From positions 11,036,001-11,100,000 of the forward strand of contig OZ024744.1 of NCBI GenBank assembly GCA_964016885.1: DNA of 64,000 nucleotides, given 5' to 3'. Shown here piece after piece: positions 1 to 12,920 of this stretch. Origin of the DNA: Eledone cirrhosa (lineage: Eukaryota). The notes under the pieces are model-generated. The model saw nothing but the letters and a program-made list of their open reading frames with translations. It did no database searches and was not told the DNA's origin. Both the position numbers and the translations under genes were made by a program. How positions within the stretch are numbered: position 1 is the stretch's first letter; the number at the start of each line of letters is the position of its first letter.

Positions 1-3000
1 TTGTTATTCTCCAATATGTTGTGATGTTGTACTCCAATGTGTTGTGTTGTTGTACTCCAATGTGATGTGTTGTTGTACTCCAAAATGTTGTGATGTTGTA
101 CTCCAATATTTTTTGTTTTTTGTACTCCAATATGTTGTGTTGTTATACTCCAATATGTTGTGTTGTTATACTCCAATATGTTGTGCTGTTGTACTCCAAA
201 TCTCGTGTTGTTATACTCCAATGTGTTGTGTTGTTATACTCCAATATGGTGTGTTGTTGTACTCCAATATGTTGTATTGTTTTCTCCAATATGTCATGTT
301 ATACTCCAATATGGTGTGTTCGTGTACGCCAATATGTTGTGTTATTGTACTCCAATATGTTGCGTTGTTGTACTCCAATATGTTGTGTTGTTATACTCCA
401 ATATGTCGTGTGGCTGTACTCCAATATGTCATGTTGTTGTACTCCAATATGTCTTGTTATAGTCCAATATGTCGTGTTGTTGTACTCCAATATATCATGT
501 AGTTGTACTCCAATATTTCGTGTTGTTGTACCCCAATATGTAGTGTTGTTTATACTCCAATATGTTTTGCTGTTGTACTCCAATATGTTGTGTTGCTGTA
601 CTCCTATATGTTGTGTTGTTATTCTCCAATATGTTGTGCTGTTGTACTCCAATGTGTTGTGTTGTTATACTCCAATATGTTCTGTTGTTGTACTCCAATA
701 TGTTGTGTTGTTGTACTCCAATATGTTGTGTTGTTGTACTCCAATGTGCTGTGTTGTTGTACTCCAATATGTTGTGTTGTTGTACTCCAATATGTTGTGT
801 TGTTATACTCCAATATGTTGTGTTGTTATACTCCAATATTTCGTGTGGTTGTACTCCAATATGTCATGGTGTTGTACTTCAATATGTCGTGTTGTTGTAC
901 TCCAATATGTTGTCTTGCTGTACTCCAATCTGTTGTGTTGTTGTACTCCAATGTGTTGTGTTGTTGTACTCCAATATGTTGTGCCGTTGTACTCCAATAT
1001 GTCATGTTATACTCCAATATGTTGTGTTCGTGTACTCCAATATGTTGTGTTATTGTACTCCAATATGTTGCGTTGTTGTACTCCAATATGTTGTGTTGTT
1101 ATACTCCAATATGTTGTGTTGTTGTACTCCAATATGTCATGTTGTTGTACTCCAGTATGTCTTGTTATACTCCAATATGTCGTGTTGCTGTACTCCAATA
1201 TGTCATGCTGTTGTACTCCAATATTTCGTGTCGTTGTACTCCAATATGTCGTGCTTTTGTACTCCAATATGTTTTGCTGTTGTACTCCACTGTGTTGTGT
1301 TGTTGAACTCCAATATGTTGTGTTGTTGTTCTCCAATATTTTGTGCTGTTGTACTCCAATGTGTTGTGTTGTTATACTCCAATATGTTGTGTTGTGATAC
1401 TCCAATGTGTTGTGCTGTTGTAATACAATATGTTATGTTGTACTCCAATATGTTGTGTTGTTATACTCCAATATGTAGTGTTGTTATACTCCAATATGTT
1501 GTGTTGTTGTACCCCAATATGTCGTGTTGATTATACTACAATTTTTGTTGCTGTTGTACTCCAATATGTTGTGTTGTTGTACTCTAATATGTTGTGTTGT
1601 TATTCTCCAATATGTTGTGCTGTTGTACTCCAATGTGTTATGTTGTTATACTCCAATATGTTGTGCTGTGATACTCCAATATGTTGTGTTGTTGTACTCC
1701 AATCTGGTGTGTTGTTATACTCCAATATATTGTGTTGTTATACTCCAATATGTTGCGTTGTTTTACTCCAATATGTTGTGTTGTTGTACTCCAATATGTT
1801 GTGTTGTAGTACTCCAATATGTTGTGTTGTTGTAATCCAATATCTTGTGTTGTTATACTCCAATATGTTGTGTTGTTGTACTCCAATATGTTGTGTTGTT
1901 ATACTCCAATATGTTGTGTTATGATACTCCAATATGTTGTGCTGTTGTACTCCAATATTTTGTGTTGTCGTACTCCAATATGTGATGTTGTACTCCAATA
2001 TGTCCTGTTGTTATACTCCAATATGTTGTGTTGTTATACTCCAATATGTCATGGTGTTGTACTTCAATATGTCGTGTTGTTGTACTCCAATACGCGATGT
2101 TGTTGTACTCCAATATGTTGTGTTGTTGTACTCCAATATCTTGTGTTGTTATACTCCAATATGTTGTGTTGTTATACTCCAATATGTTGTGTTTTTGTAC
2201 TCCAACATGTTGTGCTGTTGTACTACAATATGATGTGTTGTTGTACTCCAATATGATGTGCTGTTGTACTCCAATGTGTTGTGTTGTTGTACTCCAATAT
2301 GTTGTGCCGTTGTACTCCAATATTTTTTTGTTTTTGTACTCCAATATGTTGTGTTTTTATACTCCAATATGTTGTGTTGGTGTACTCCAATATGGTGTGC
2401 TGTTGTACTCCAAATCTCGTGTTGTTATACTCCAATGTGTTGTGTTGTTATACTCCAATATGGTGTGTTGTTGTACTCCAATATGTTGTATTGTTTTTCT
2501 CCAATATGACATGTTATACTCCAATATGTTGTGTTCGTGTACTCCAATATGTTGTGTTATTGTACTCCAATATGTTGCGTTGTTGTACTCCAATATGTTG
2601 TGTTGTTATACTCCAATATGTTGTGTTGTTGTACTCCAATATGTTGTTTTGTTGTACTCCAATATGTCATGTTGTTGTACTCCAGTATGTCTTGTTATAC
2701 TCCAATATGTCGTGTTGCTGTACTCCAATATGTCATGCTGTTGTACTCCAATATGTTTTGCTGTTGTACTCCACTGTGTTGTGTTGTTGAACTCCAATAT
2801 GTTGTGTTGTTGTTCTCCAATATTTTGTGATGTTGTACTCCAATGTGTTGTGTTGTTATACTCCAATATGTTGTGTTGTTATACTCCAATATGTTGTGTT
2901 GTTATACTCCAATATGTAGTGTTGTTATACTTCAATATGTTGTGTTGTTGTACTCCAATATGTTGTGTTGTTGTACTCCAATATGTTGTGTTGTTGTACT

Positions 3001-6000
3001 CCAATATGTTGTGTTGTTGTACTCCAATATGTGATGTTGTTCTACTCCAATATGTCGCGTTGTTGTACTCCAATATGTTGTGTTGTTATACTCCAATATT
3101 TCGTGTTGTTTTACTCCAATATGTCATGTTGTTGTACTCCAGTATGTCTTGTTATACTCCAATATGTCGTGTTGCTGTACTCCAATATGTCATGCTGTTG
3201 TACTCCAATATGTTTTGCTGTTGTACTCCACTGTGTTGTGTTGTTGAACTCCAATATGTTGTGTTGTTGTTCTCCAATATTTTGTGCTGTTGTACTCCAA
3301 TTTGTGTTGTTGTACTCCAATATGTTGTGTTGTTGTACTCCAATATGTTGTGTTGTTGTACTCCAATATGTTGTGTTGTTATACTCCAATATGTTGTGCT
3401 GTTGTACTCCAATATTTCGTGTTGTTGTACTCCAATACGTCGTGTTGTTGTACTCCAAAATGTTTTGATGTTGTACTCAAATATGTTGTGTTGTTGTACT
3501 CCAATATGTTTTGATGTTGTACTCCAATATGTTATGTTGTTGTACTCCAATATGTTGTGTAGTCGTACTCCAATATGTTGTGTTGTTGTACTCCAATATG
3601 CTGTGATGTTTTACTCCAATATGATGTGATGTTGTACTCCAATGCGTTGTGTTGTTGTACTCCAATGTGATGTGTTGTTGTACTCCAATATGTTGTGCCG
3701 TTGTACTCCAATATTTTTTATTTTTGTACTCCAATATGTTGTGTTGTTATACTCCAATATGTTGTGTTGTTATACTCCAATATGTTGTGCTGTTGTACTC
3801 CAAATCTCGTGTTGTTATACTCCAATGTGTTGTGTTGTTATACTCCAATATGGTGTGTTGTTGTAGTCCAATATGTTGTATTGTTTTTTTCCAATATGTC
3901 ATGTTATACTCCAATGTGTTGTGTTCGTGTACTCCAATATGTTGTGTTATTGTACTCCAATATGTTGCGTTGTTGTACTCCAATATGTTGTGTTGTTATA
4001 CTCCAATATGTTGTGTTGTTGTACTCCAATATGTTGTCTTGTTGTACTCCAAAAGGCCATGTTATCGTACTCCAATATGTCTTGTTATACTCCAATATGT
4101 CGTGTGGCTGTACTCCAATATGTCATGTTGTTGTACTCCAATATGTCTTGTTATAGTCCAATATGTCGTGTTGTTGTACTCCAATATGTCATGTAGTTGT
4201 ATTCCAATATTTCGTGTTGTTGTACCCCAATATGTCGTGTTGTTTATACTCCAATATGTTTTGCTGTTGTACTGCAATATGTTGTGTTGCTGTATTCCAA
4301 TATGTTGTGTTGTTATTCTCCAATATGTTGTGCTGTTGTACTCCAATGTGTTATGTTGTTATACTCCAATATGTTGTGCTGTGCTACTCCAATATATTGT
4401 GTTGTTGTACTCCAATGTGTTGTGTTGTTATACTCCAATATGTTGTGTTGATTTACTCCAATATGTTGTGTTGTTGTACTCCAATCTGTTGTGTTGTTAT
4501 ACTCCAATATGTTGTGTTGTTATACTCCAATATGTTGTGTTGTTTTACTCCAATATGTTGTGTTGTTGTACTCCAATATGTTGTGTTGTTGTACTCCAAT
4601 ATGTTGTGTTGTTGTAATCCAATATCTTGTTTTGTTATACTCCAATATGTTGTGTTGTTGTACTCCAATATGTTGTGTTGTTATACTCCAATATGTTGTG
4701 TTGTGATACTCCAATATGTTGTGCTGTTGTACTCCAATATGTTGTGTTGTTATACTCCAATATGTTGTGTTGTTTTACTCCAATATGTTGTGTTGTTGTA
4801 CTCCAATATGTTGTATTGTTGTTCTCCAATATGTCATGTTATACTCCAATAAGTTGTGTTCTTGTACTCCAATATGTTGTGTTGTTGTACTCCAATATAT
4901 CATGTTGTCGTACTCCAATATGTCATGTTATACTCCAATATGTCGTTGTTATACTCCAATATGTCATGTTGTTGTACTCCAATATGTCGTATTGTTATAC
5001 TCCAATATATTTTGATGTTGTACTCCAATATGTTGTGTTGTTGTACTCCAATATGTTGTGTTGTTGTACTCCAATATGTTGTGTTGTTATACTCCAATAT
5101 TTCGTGTGGTTGTACTCCAATATGTCATGGTGTTGTACTTCAATATGTCGTGTTGTTGTACTCCAATATGTTGTCTTGCTGTACTCCAATCTGTTGTGTT
5201 GTTGTACTCCAATGTGTTGTGTTGTTGTACTCCAATATGTTGTGCCGTTGTACTCCAATATGTCATGTTATACTCCAATATGTTGTGTTATTGTACTCCA
5301 ATATGTTGCGTTGTTGTACTCCAATATGTTGTGTTGTTATACTCCAATATGTTGTGTTGTTGTACTCCAATATGGCATGTTGTTGTACTCCAGTATGTCT
5401 TGTTATACTCCAATATGTCGTGTTGCTGTACTCCAATATGTCATGCTGTTGTACTCCAATATTTCGTGTCGTTGTACTCCAATATGTCGTGCTTTTGTAC
5501 TCCAATATGTTTTGCTGTTGTACTCCACTGTGTTGTGTTGTTGAACTCCAATATGTTGTGTTGTTGTTCTCCAATATTTGGTGCTGTTGTACTCCAATGT
5601 GTTGTGTTGTTATACTCCAATATGTTGTGTTGTGATACTCCAATGTGTTGTGTTGTTGTACTCCAATATGTTGTGTTGTTGTACTCCAATATGTTGTGTT
5701 GTTATACTCCAATGTGGTGTGCTGTTGTAATCCAATATGTTATGTTGTACTCCAATATGTTGTGTTGTTATACTCCAATATGTAGTGTTGTTATACTCCA
5801 ATATGTTGTGTTGTTGTACCCCAATATGTCGTGTTGATTATACTACAATTTTTGTTGCTGTTGTACTCCAATATGTTGTGTTGTTGTACTCTAATATGTT
5901 GTGTTGTTATTCTCCAATATGTTGTGCTGTTGTACTCCAATGTGTTATGTTGTTATACTCCAATATGTTGTGCTGTGATACTCCAATATGTCATGTTGTT

Positions 6001-9000
6001 GTACTCCAGTATGTCTTGTTATACTCCAATATGTCGTGTTGCTGTACTCCAATATGTCATGCTGTTGTACTCCAATATGTTTTGCTGTTGTACTCCACTG
6101 TGTTGTGTTGTTGAACTCCAATATGTTGTGTTGTTGTTCTCCAATATTTTGTGCTGTTGTACTCCAATTTGTGTTGTTGTACTCCAATATGTTGTGTTGT
6201 TGTACTCCAATATGTTGTGTTGTTGTACTCCAATATGTTGTGTTGTTATACTCCAATATGTTGTGCTGTTGTACTCCAATATTTCGTGTTGTTGTACTCC
6301 AATACGTCGTGTTGTTGTACTCCAATATGTTTTGATGTTGTACTCAAATATGTTTTGATGTTGTACTCCAATATGTTTTGATGTTGTACTCCAATATGTT
6401 GTGTTGTTGTACTCCAATATGTTGTGTAGTCGTACTCCAATATGTTGTGTTGTTGTACTCCAATATGCTGTGATGTTGTACTCCAATATGATGTGATGTT
6501 GTACTACAATGCGTTGTGTTGTTGTACTCCAATGTGATGTGTTGTTGTACTCCAATATGTTGTGCCGTTGTACTCCAATATTTTTTATTTTTGTACTCCA
6601 ATATGTTGTGTTGTTATACTCCAATATGTTGTGTTGTTATACTCCAATATGTTGTGCTGTTGTACTCCAAATCTCGTGTTGTTATACTCCAATGTGTTGT
6701 GTTGTTATACTCCAATATGGTGTGTTGTTGTAGTCCAATATGTTGTATTGTTTTTCTTCCAATATGTCATGTTATACTCCAATATGTTGTGTTCGTGTAC
6801 TCCAATATGTTGTGTTATTGTACTCCAATATGTTGCGTTGTTGTACTCCAATATGTTGTGTTGTTATACTCCAATATGTTGTGTTGTTGTACTCCAATAT
6901 GTTGTGTTGTTATACTCCAATATGTTGTGCTGTTGTACTCCAATATGTTGTGTTGTTATACTCCAATATGTAGTGTTGTTATACTCCAATATGTTGTGTT
7001 GTTGTACTCCAATCTGTTGTGTTGTTATACTCCAATATATTGTGTTGTTATACTCCAATATGTTGTGTTGTTTTACTCCAATATGTTGTGTTGTTGTACT
7101 CCAATATGTTGTATTGTTGTTCTCCAATATGTCATGTTATACTCCAATAAGTTGTGTTCTTGTACACCAATATGTTGTGTTGTTGTACTCCAATATGTTG
7201 TTTTGTTGTACTCCAATATATCATGTTGTCGTACTCCAATATGTCACGTTATACTCCAATATGTCGTTGTTATACTCCAATATGTCATGATGTTGTACTC
7301 CAATATGTCGTGTTCTTGTACTCCAATATGTCGGGTTGTTGTACTCCAATATGTTGTGTTGTTGTACTCCAATATGTTGTGTTGTTGTACTCCAATATGG
7401 TGTGTTGTTGTACTCCAATATGTTGTGTTGTTATACTCCAATATGTTGTGCTGTTGTACTCCAATATTTCGTGTTGTTGTACTCCAATACATCGTGTTGT
7501 ACTCCAATATGTTGTGTTGTTATACTCCAATATGTTATGTTGTTGTACTCCAATATGCCTTGTTGTTATACTCCAATATGTTTTGATGTTGTACTCCAAT
7601 ATGTTGTGTTGTTGCACTCCAATATGTTTTGATGTTGTACTCCAATATGTTGTGTTGTTGTACTCCAATATGTTGTGTAGTCGTACTCCAATATGTTGTA
7701 TTGTTGTACTCTAATATGTTTTGTTGTTATTCTCCAATATGTTGTGATGTTGTACTCCAATGTGTTGTGTTGTTGTACTCCAATGTGATGTGTTGTTGTA
7801 CTCCAAAATGTTGTGATGTTGTACTCCAATATTTTTTTGTTTTTTGTACTCCAATATGTTGTGTTGTTATACTCCAATATGTTGTGTTGTTATACTCCAA
7901 TATGTTGTGCTGTTGTACTCCAAATCTCGTGTTGTTATACTCCAATGTGTTGTGTTGTTATACTCCAATATGGTGTGTTGTTGTACTCCAATATGTTGTA
8001 TTGTTTTCTCCAATATGTCATGTTATACTCCAATATGGTGTGTTCGTGTACGCCAATATGTTGTGTTATTGTACTGCAATATGTTGCGTTGTTGTACTCC
8101 AATATGTTGTGTTGTTATACTCCAATATGTCGTGTGGCTGTACTCCAATATGTCATGTTGTTGTACTCCAATATGTCTTGTTATAGTCCAATATGTCGTG
8201 TTGTTGTACTCCAATATATCATGTAGTTGTACTCCAATATTTCGTGTTGTTGTACCCCAATATGTAGTGTTGTTTATACTCCAATATGTTTTGCTGTTGT
8301 ACTCCAATATGTTGTGTTGCTGTACTCCTATATGTTGTGTTGTTATTCTCCAATATGTTGTGCTGTTGTACTCCAATGTGTTGTGTTGTTATACTCCAAT
8401 ATGTTCTGTTGTTGTACTCCAATATGTTGTGTTGTTGTACTCCAATATGTTGTGTTGTTGTACTCCAATGTGCTGTGTTGTTGTACTCCAATATGTTGTG
8501 TTGTTGTACTCCAATATGTTGTGTTGTTATACTCCAATATGTTGTGTTGTTATACTCCAATATTTCGTGTGGTTGTACTCCAATATGTCATGGTGTTGTA
8601 CTTCAATATGTCGTGTTGTTGTACTCCAATATGTTGTCTTGCTGTACTCCAATCTGTTGTGTTGTTGTACTCCAATGTGTTGTGTTGTTGTACTCCAATA
8701 TGTTGTGCCGTTGTACTCCAATATGTCATGTTATACTCCAATATGTTGTGTTCGTGTACTCCAATATGTTGTGTTATTGTACTCCAATATGTTGCGTTGT
8801 TGTACTCCAATATGTTGTGTTGTTATACTCCAATATGTTGTGTTGTTGTACTCCAATATGTCATGTTGTTGTACTCCAGTATGTCTTGTTATACTCCAAT
8901 ATGTCGTGTTGCTGTACTCCAATATGTCATGCTGTTGTACTCCAATATTTCGTGTCGTTGTACTCCAATATGTCGTGCTTTTGTACTCCAATATGTTTTG

Positions 9001-12000
9001 CTGTTGTACTCCACTGTGTTGTGTTGTTGAACTCCAATATGTTGTGTTGTTGTTCTCCAATATTTTGTGCTGTTGTACTCCAATGTGTTGTGTTGTTATA
9101 CTCCAATATGTTGTGTTGTGATACTCCAATGTGTTGTGCTGTTGTAATACAATATGTTATGTTGTACTCCAATATGTTGTGTTGTTATACTCCAATATGT
9201 AGTGTTGTTATACTCCAATATGTTGTGTTGTTGTACCCCAATATGTCGTGTTGATTATACTACAATTTTTGTTGCTGTTGTACTCCAATATGTTGTGTTG
9301 TTGTACTCTAATATGTTGTGTTGTTATTCTCCAATATGTTGTGCTGTTGTACTCCAATGTGTTATGTTGTTATACTCCAATATGTTGTGCTGTGATACTC
9401 CAATATGTTGTGTTGTTGTACTCCAATCTGTTGTGTTGTTATACTCCAATATATTGTGTTGTTATACTCCAATATGTTGCGTTGTTTTACTCCAATATGT
9501 TGTGTTGTTGTACTCCAATATGTTGTGTTGTAGTACTCCAATATGTTGTGTTGTTGTAATCCAATATCTTGTGTTGTTATACTCCAATATGTTGTGTTGT
9601 TGTACTCCAATATGTTGTGTTGTTATACTCCAATATGTTGTGTTATGATACTCCAATATGTTGTGCTGTTGTACTCCAATATTTTGTGTTGTCGTACTCC
9701 AATATGTGATGTTGTACTCCAATATGTCCTGTTGTTATACTCCAATATGTTGTGTTGTTATACTCCAATATGTCATGGTGTTGTACTTCAATATGTCGTG
9801 TTGTTGTACTCCAATACGCGATGTTGTTGTACTCCAATATGTTGTGTTGTTGTACTCCAATATCTTGTGTTGTTATACTCCAATATGTTGTGTTGTTATA
9901 CTCCAATATGTTGTGTTTTTGTACTCCAACATGTTGTGCTGTTGTACTACAATATGATGTGTTGTTGTACTCCAATATGATGTGCTGTTGTACTCCAATG
10001 TGTTGTGTTGTTGTACTCCAATATGTTGTGCCGTTGTACTCCAATATTTTTTTGTTTTTGTACTCCAACATGTTGTGTTTTTATACTCCAATATGTTGTG
10101 TTGGTGTACTCCAATATGGTGTGCTGTTGTACTCCAAATCTCGTGTTGTTATACTCCAATGTGTTGTGTTGTTATACTCCAATATGGTGTGTTGTTGTAC
10201 TCCAATATGTTGTATTGTTTTTCTCCAATATGACATGTTATACTCCAATATGTTGTGTTCGTGTACTCCAATATGTTGTGTTATTGTACTCCAATATGTT
10301 GCGTTGTTGTACTCCAATATGTTGTGTTGTTATACTCCAATATGTTGTGTTGTTGTACTCCAATATGTTGTTTTGTTGTACTCCAATATGTCATGTTGTT
10401 GTACTCCAGTATGTCTTGTTATACTCCAATATGTCGTGTTGCTGTACTCCAATATGTCATGCTGTTGTACTCCAATATGTTTTGCTGTTGTACTCCACTG
10501 TGTTGTGTTGTTGAACTCCAATATGTTGTGTTGTTGTTCTCCAATATTTTGTGATGTTGTACTCCAATGTGTTGTGTTGTTATACTCCAATATGTTGTGT
10601 TGTTATACTCCAATATGTTGTGTTGTTATACTCCAATATGTAGTGTTGTTATACTTCAATATGTTGTGTTGTTGTACTCCAATATGTTGTGTTGTTGTAC
10701 TCCAATATGTTGTGTTGTTGTACTCCAATATGTTGTGTTGTTGTACTCCAATATGTGATGTTGTTTTACTCCAATATGTCGCGTTGTTGTACTCCAATAT
10801 GTTGTGTTGTTATACTCCAATATTTCGTGTTGTTTTACTCCAATATGTCATGTTGTTGTACTCCAGTATGTCTTGTTATACTCCAATATGTCGTGTTGCT
10901 GTACTCCAATATGTCATGATGTTGTACTCCAATATGTTTTGCTGTTGTACTCCACTGTGTTGTGTTGTTGAACTCCAATATGTTGTGTTGTTGTTCTCCA
11001 ATATTTTGTGCTGTTGTACTCCAATTTGTGTTGTTGTACTCCAATATGTTGTGTTGTTGTACTCCAATATGTTGTGTTGTTGTACTCCAATATGTTGTGT
11101 TGTTATACTCCAATATGTTGTGCTGTTGTACTCCAATATTTCGTGTTGTTGTACTCCAATACGTCGTGTTGTTGTACTCCAAAATGTTTTGATGTTGTAC
11201 TCAAATATGTTGTGTTGTTGTACTCCAATATGTTTTGATGTTGTACTCCAATATGTTGTGTAGTCGTACTCCAATATGTTGTGTTGTTGTACTCCAATAT
11301 GCTGTGATGTTGTACTCCAATATGATGTGATGTTGTACTCCAATGCGTTGTGTTGTTGTACTCCAATGTGATGTGTTGTTGTACTCCAATATGTTGTGCC
11401 GTTGTACTCCAATATTTTTTATTTTTGTACTCCAATATGTTGTGTTGTTATACTCCAATATGTTGTGTTGTTATACTCCAATATGTTGTGCTGTTGTACT
11501 CCAAATCTCGTGTTGTTATACTCCAATGTGTTGTGTTGTTATACTCCAATATGGTGTGTTGTTGTAGTCCAATATGTTGTATTGTTTTTTTCCAATATGT
11601 CATGTTATACTCCAATGTGTTGTGTTCGTGTACTCCAATATGTTGTGTTATTGTACTCCAATATGTTGCGTTGTTGTACTCCAATATGTTGTGTTGTTAT
11701 ACTCCAATATGTTGTGTTGTTGTACTCCAATATGTTGTCTTGTTGTACTCCAAAAGGCCATGTTATCGTACTCCAATATGTCTTGTTATACTCCAATATG
11801 TCGTGTGGCTGTACTCCAATATGTCATGTTGTTGTACTCCAATATGTCTTGTTATAGTCCAATATGTCGTGTTGTTGTACTCCAATATGTCATGTAGTTG
11901 TATTCCAATATTTCGTGTTGTTGTACCCCAATATGTCGTGTTGTTTATACTCCAATATGTTTTGCTGTTGTACTCCAATATGTTGTGTTGCTGTATTCCA

Positions 12001-12920
12001 ATATGTTGTGTTGTTATTCTCCAATATGTTGTGCTGTTGTACTCCAATATGTTCTGTTGTCGTACTCCAATATATTGTGTTGTTGTACTCCAATATGTCG
12101 TGTTGTTGTACTCCAATATGTCGTGTGGTTGTACTCCAATATGTTGTGTTGTTGTACTCCAATATGTTGTGTTGTTGTACTCCAATATGTTGTGTTGTTA
12201 TACTCCAATATGTTATGTTGTTATACTCCAATATGTTGTGCTGTGCTACTCCAATATATTGTGTTGTTGTACTCCAATGTGTTGTGTTGTTATACTCCAA
12301 TATGTTGTGTTGATTTACTCCAATATGTTGTGTTGTTGTACTCCAATCTGTTGTGTTGTTATACTCCAATATGTTGTGTTGTTATACTCCAATATGTTGT
12401 GTTGTTTTACTCCAATATGTTGTGTTGTTGTACTCCAATATGTTGTGTTGTTGTACTCCAATATGTTGTGTTGTTGTAATCCAATATCTTGTGTTGTTAT
12501 ACTCCAATATGTTGTGTTGTTGTACTCCAATATGTTGTGTTGTTATACTCCAATATGTTGTGTTGTGATACTCCAATATGTTGTGCTGTTGTACTCCAAT
12601 ATGTTGTGTTGTTATACTCCAATATGTTGTGTTGTTTTACTCCAATATGTTGTGTTGTTGTACTCCAATATGTTGTATTGTTGTTCTCCAATATGTCATG
12701 TTATACTCCAATAAGTTGTGTTCTTGTACTCCAATATGTTGTGTTGTTGTACTCCAATATATCATGTTGTCGTACTCCAATATGTCATGTTATACTCCAA
12801 TATGTCGTTGTTATACTCCAATATGTCATGTTGTTGTACTCCAATATGTCGTATTGTTATACTCCAATATGTTTTGATGTTGTACTCCAATATGTTGTGT
12901 TGTTGTACTCCAATATGTTG
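1..12920 (+). repeat. Higher-order duplication: ~1-5060 repeated at ~7724-12920 (period ~7.7 kb)
   Basis: Matching ORFs are offset by 7724 (299/8023, 503/8227, 3284/11008), then 7701 (3642/11343; one monomer lost), then 7862 (4453/12315; seven monomers gained). Rare variants are shared: TACGCGATG (~2091/9815), TGACATG (~2507/10231) and AAAAGGCCAT (4051/11752). Confidence 0.93.

Noticed and set aside
105-125. T-runs (also ~2323, 3714, 7832, 19904, 23628 and others) as intrinsic terminators or retroelement poly(A) tails
   Set aside because: There is no GC-rich hairpin upstream and no target-site duplication. They are G>T variants of the GT half, in register with the monomer. The 1-bp length differences between copies (T6 at ~109 versus T7 at ~7832) may be homopolymer sequencing error.
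12051-12211. Nucleosome-length periodicity (7 x 23 = 161 bp, 8 x 23 = 184 bp)
   Set aside because: Only this one event has that size. Other indels and duplications involve 1, 2, 4, 13, 15 or 19 monomers, so I see no consistent 7-8-mer period.
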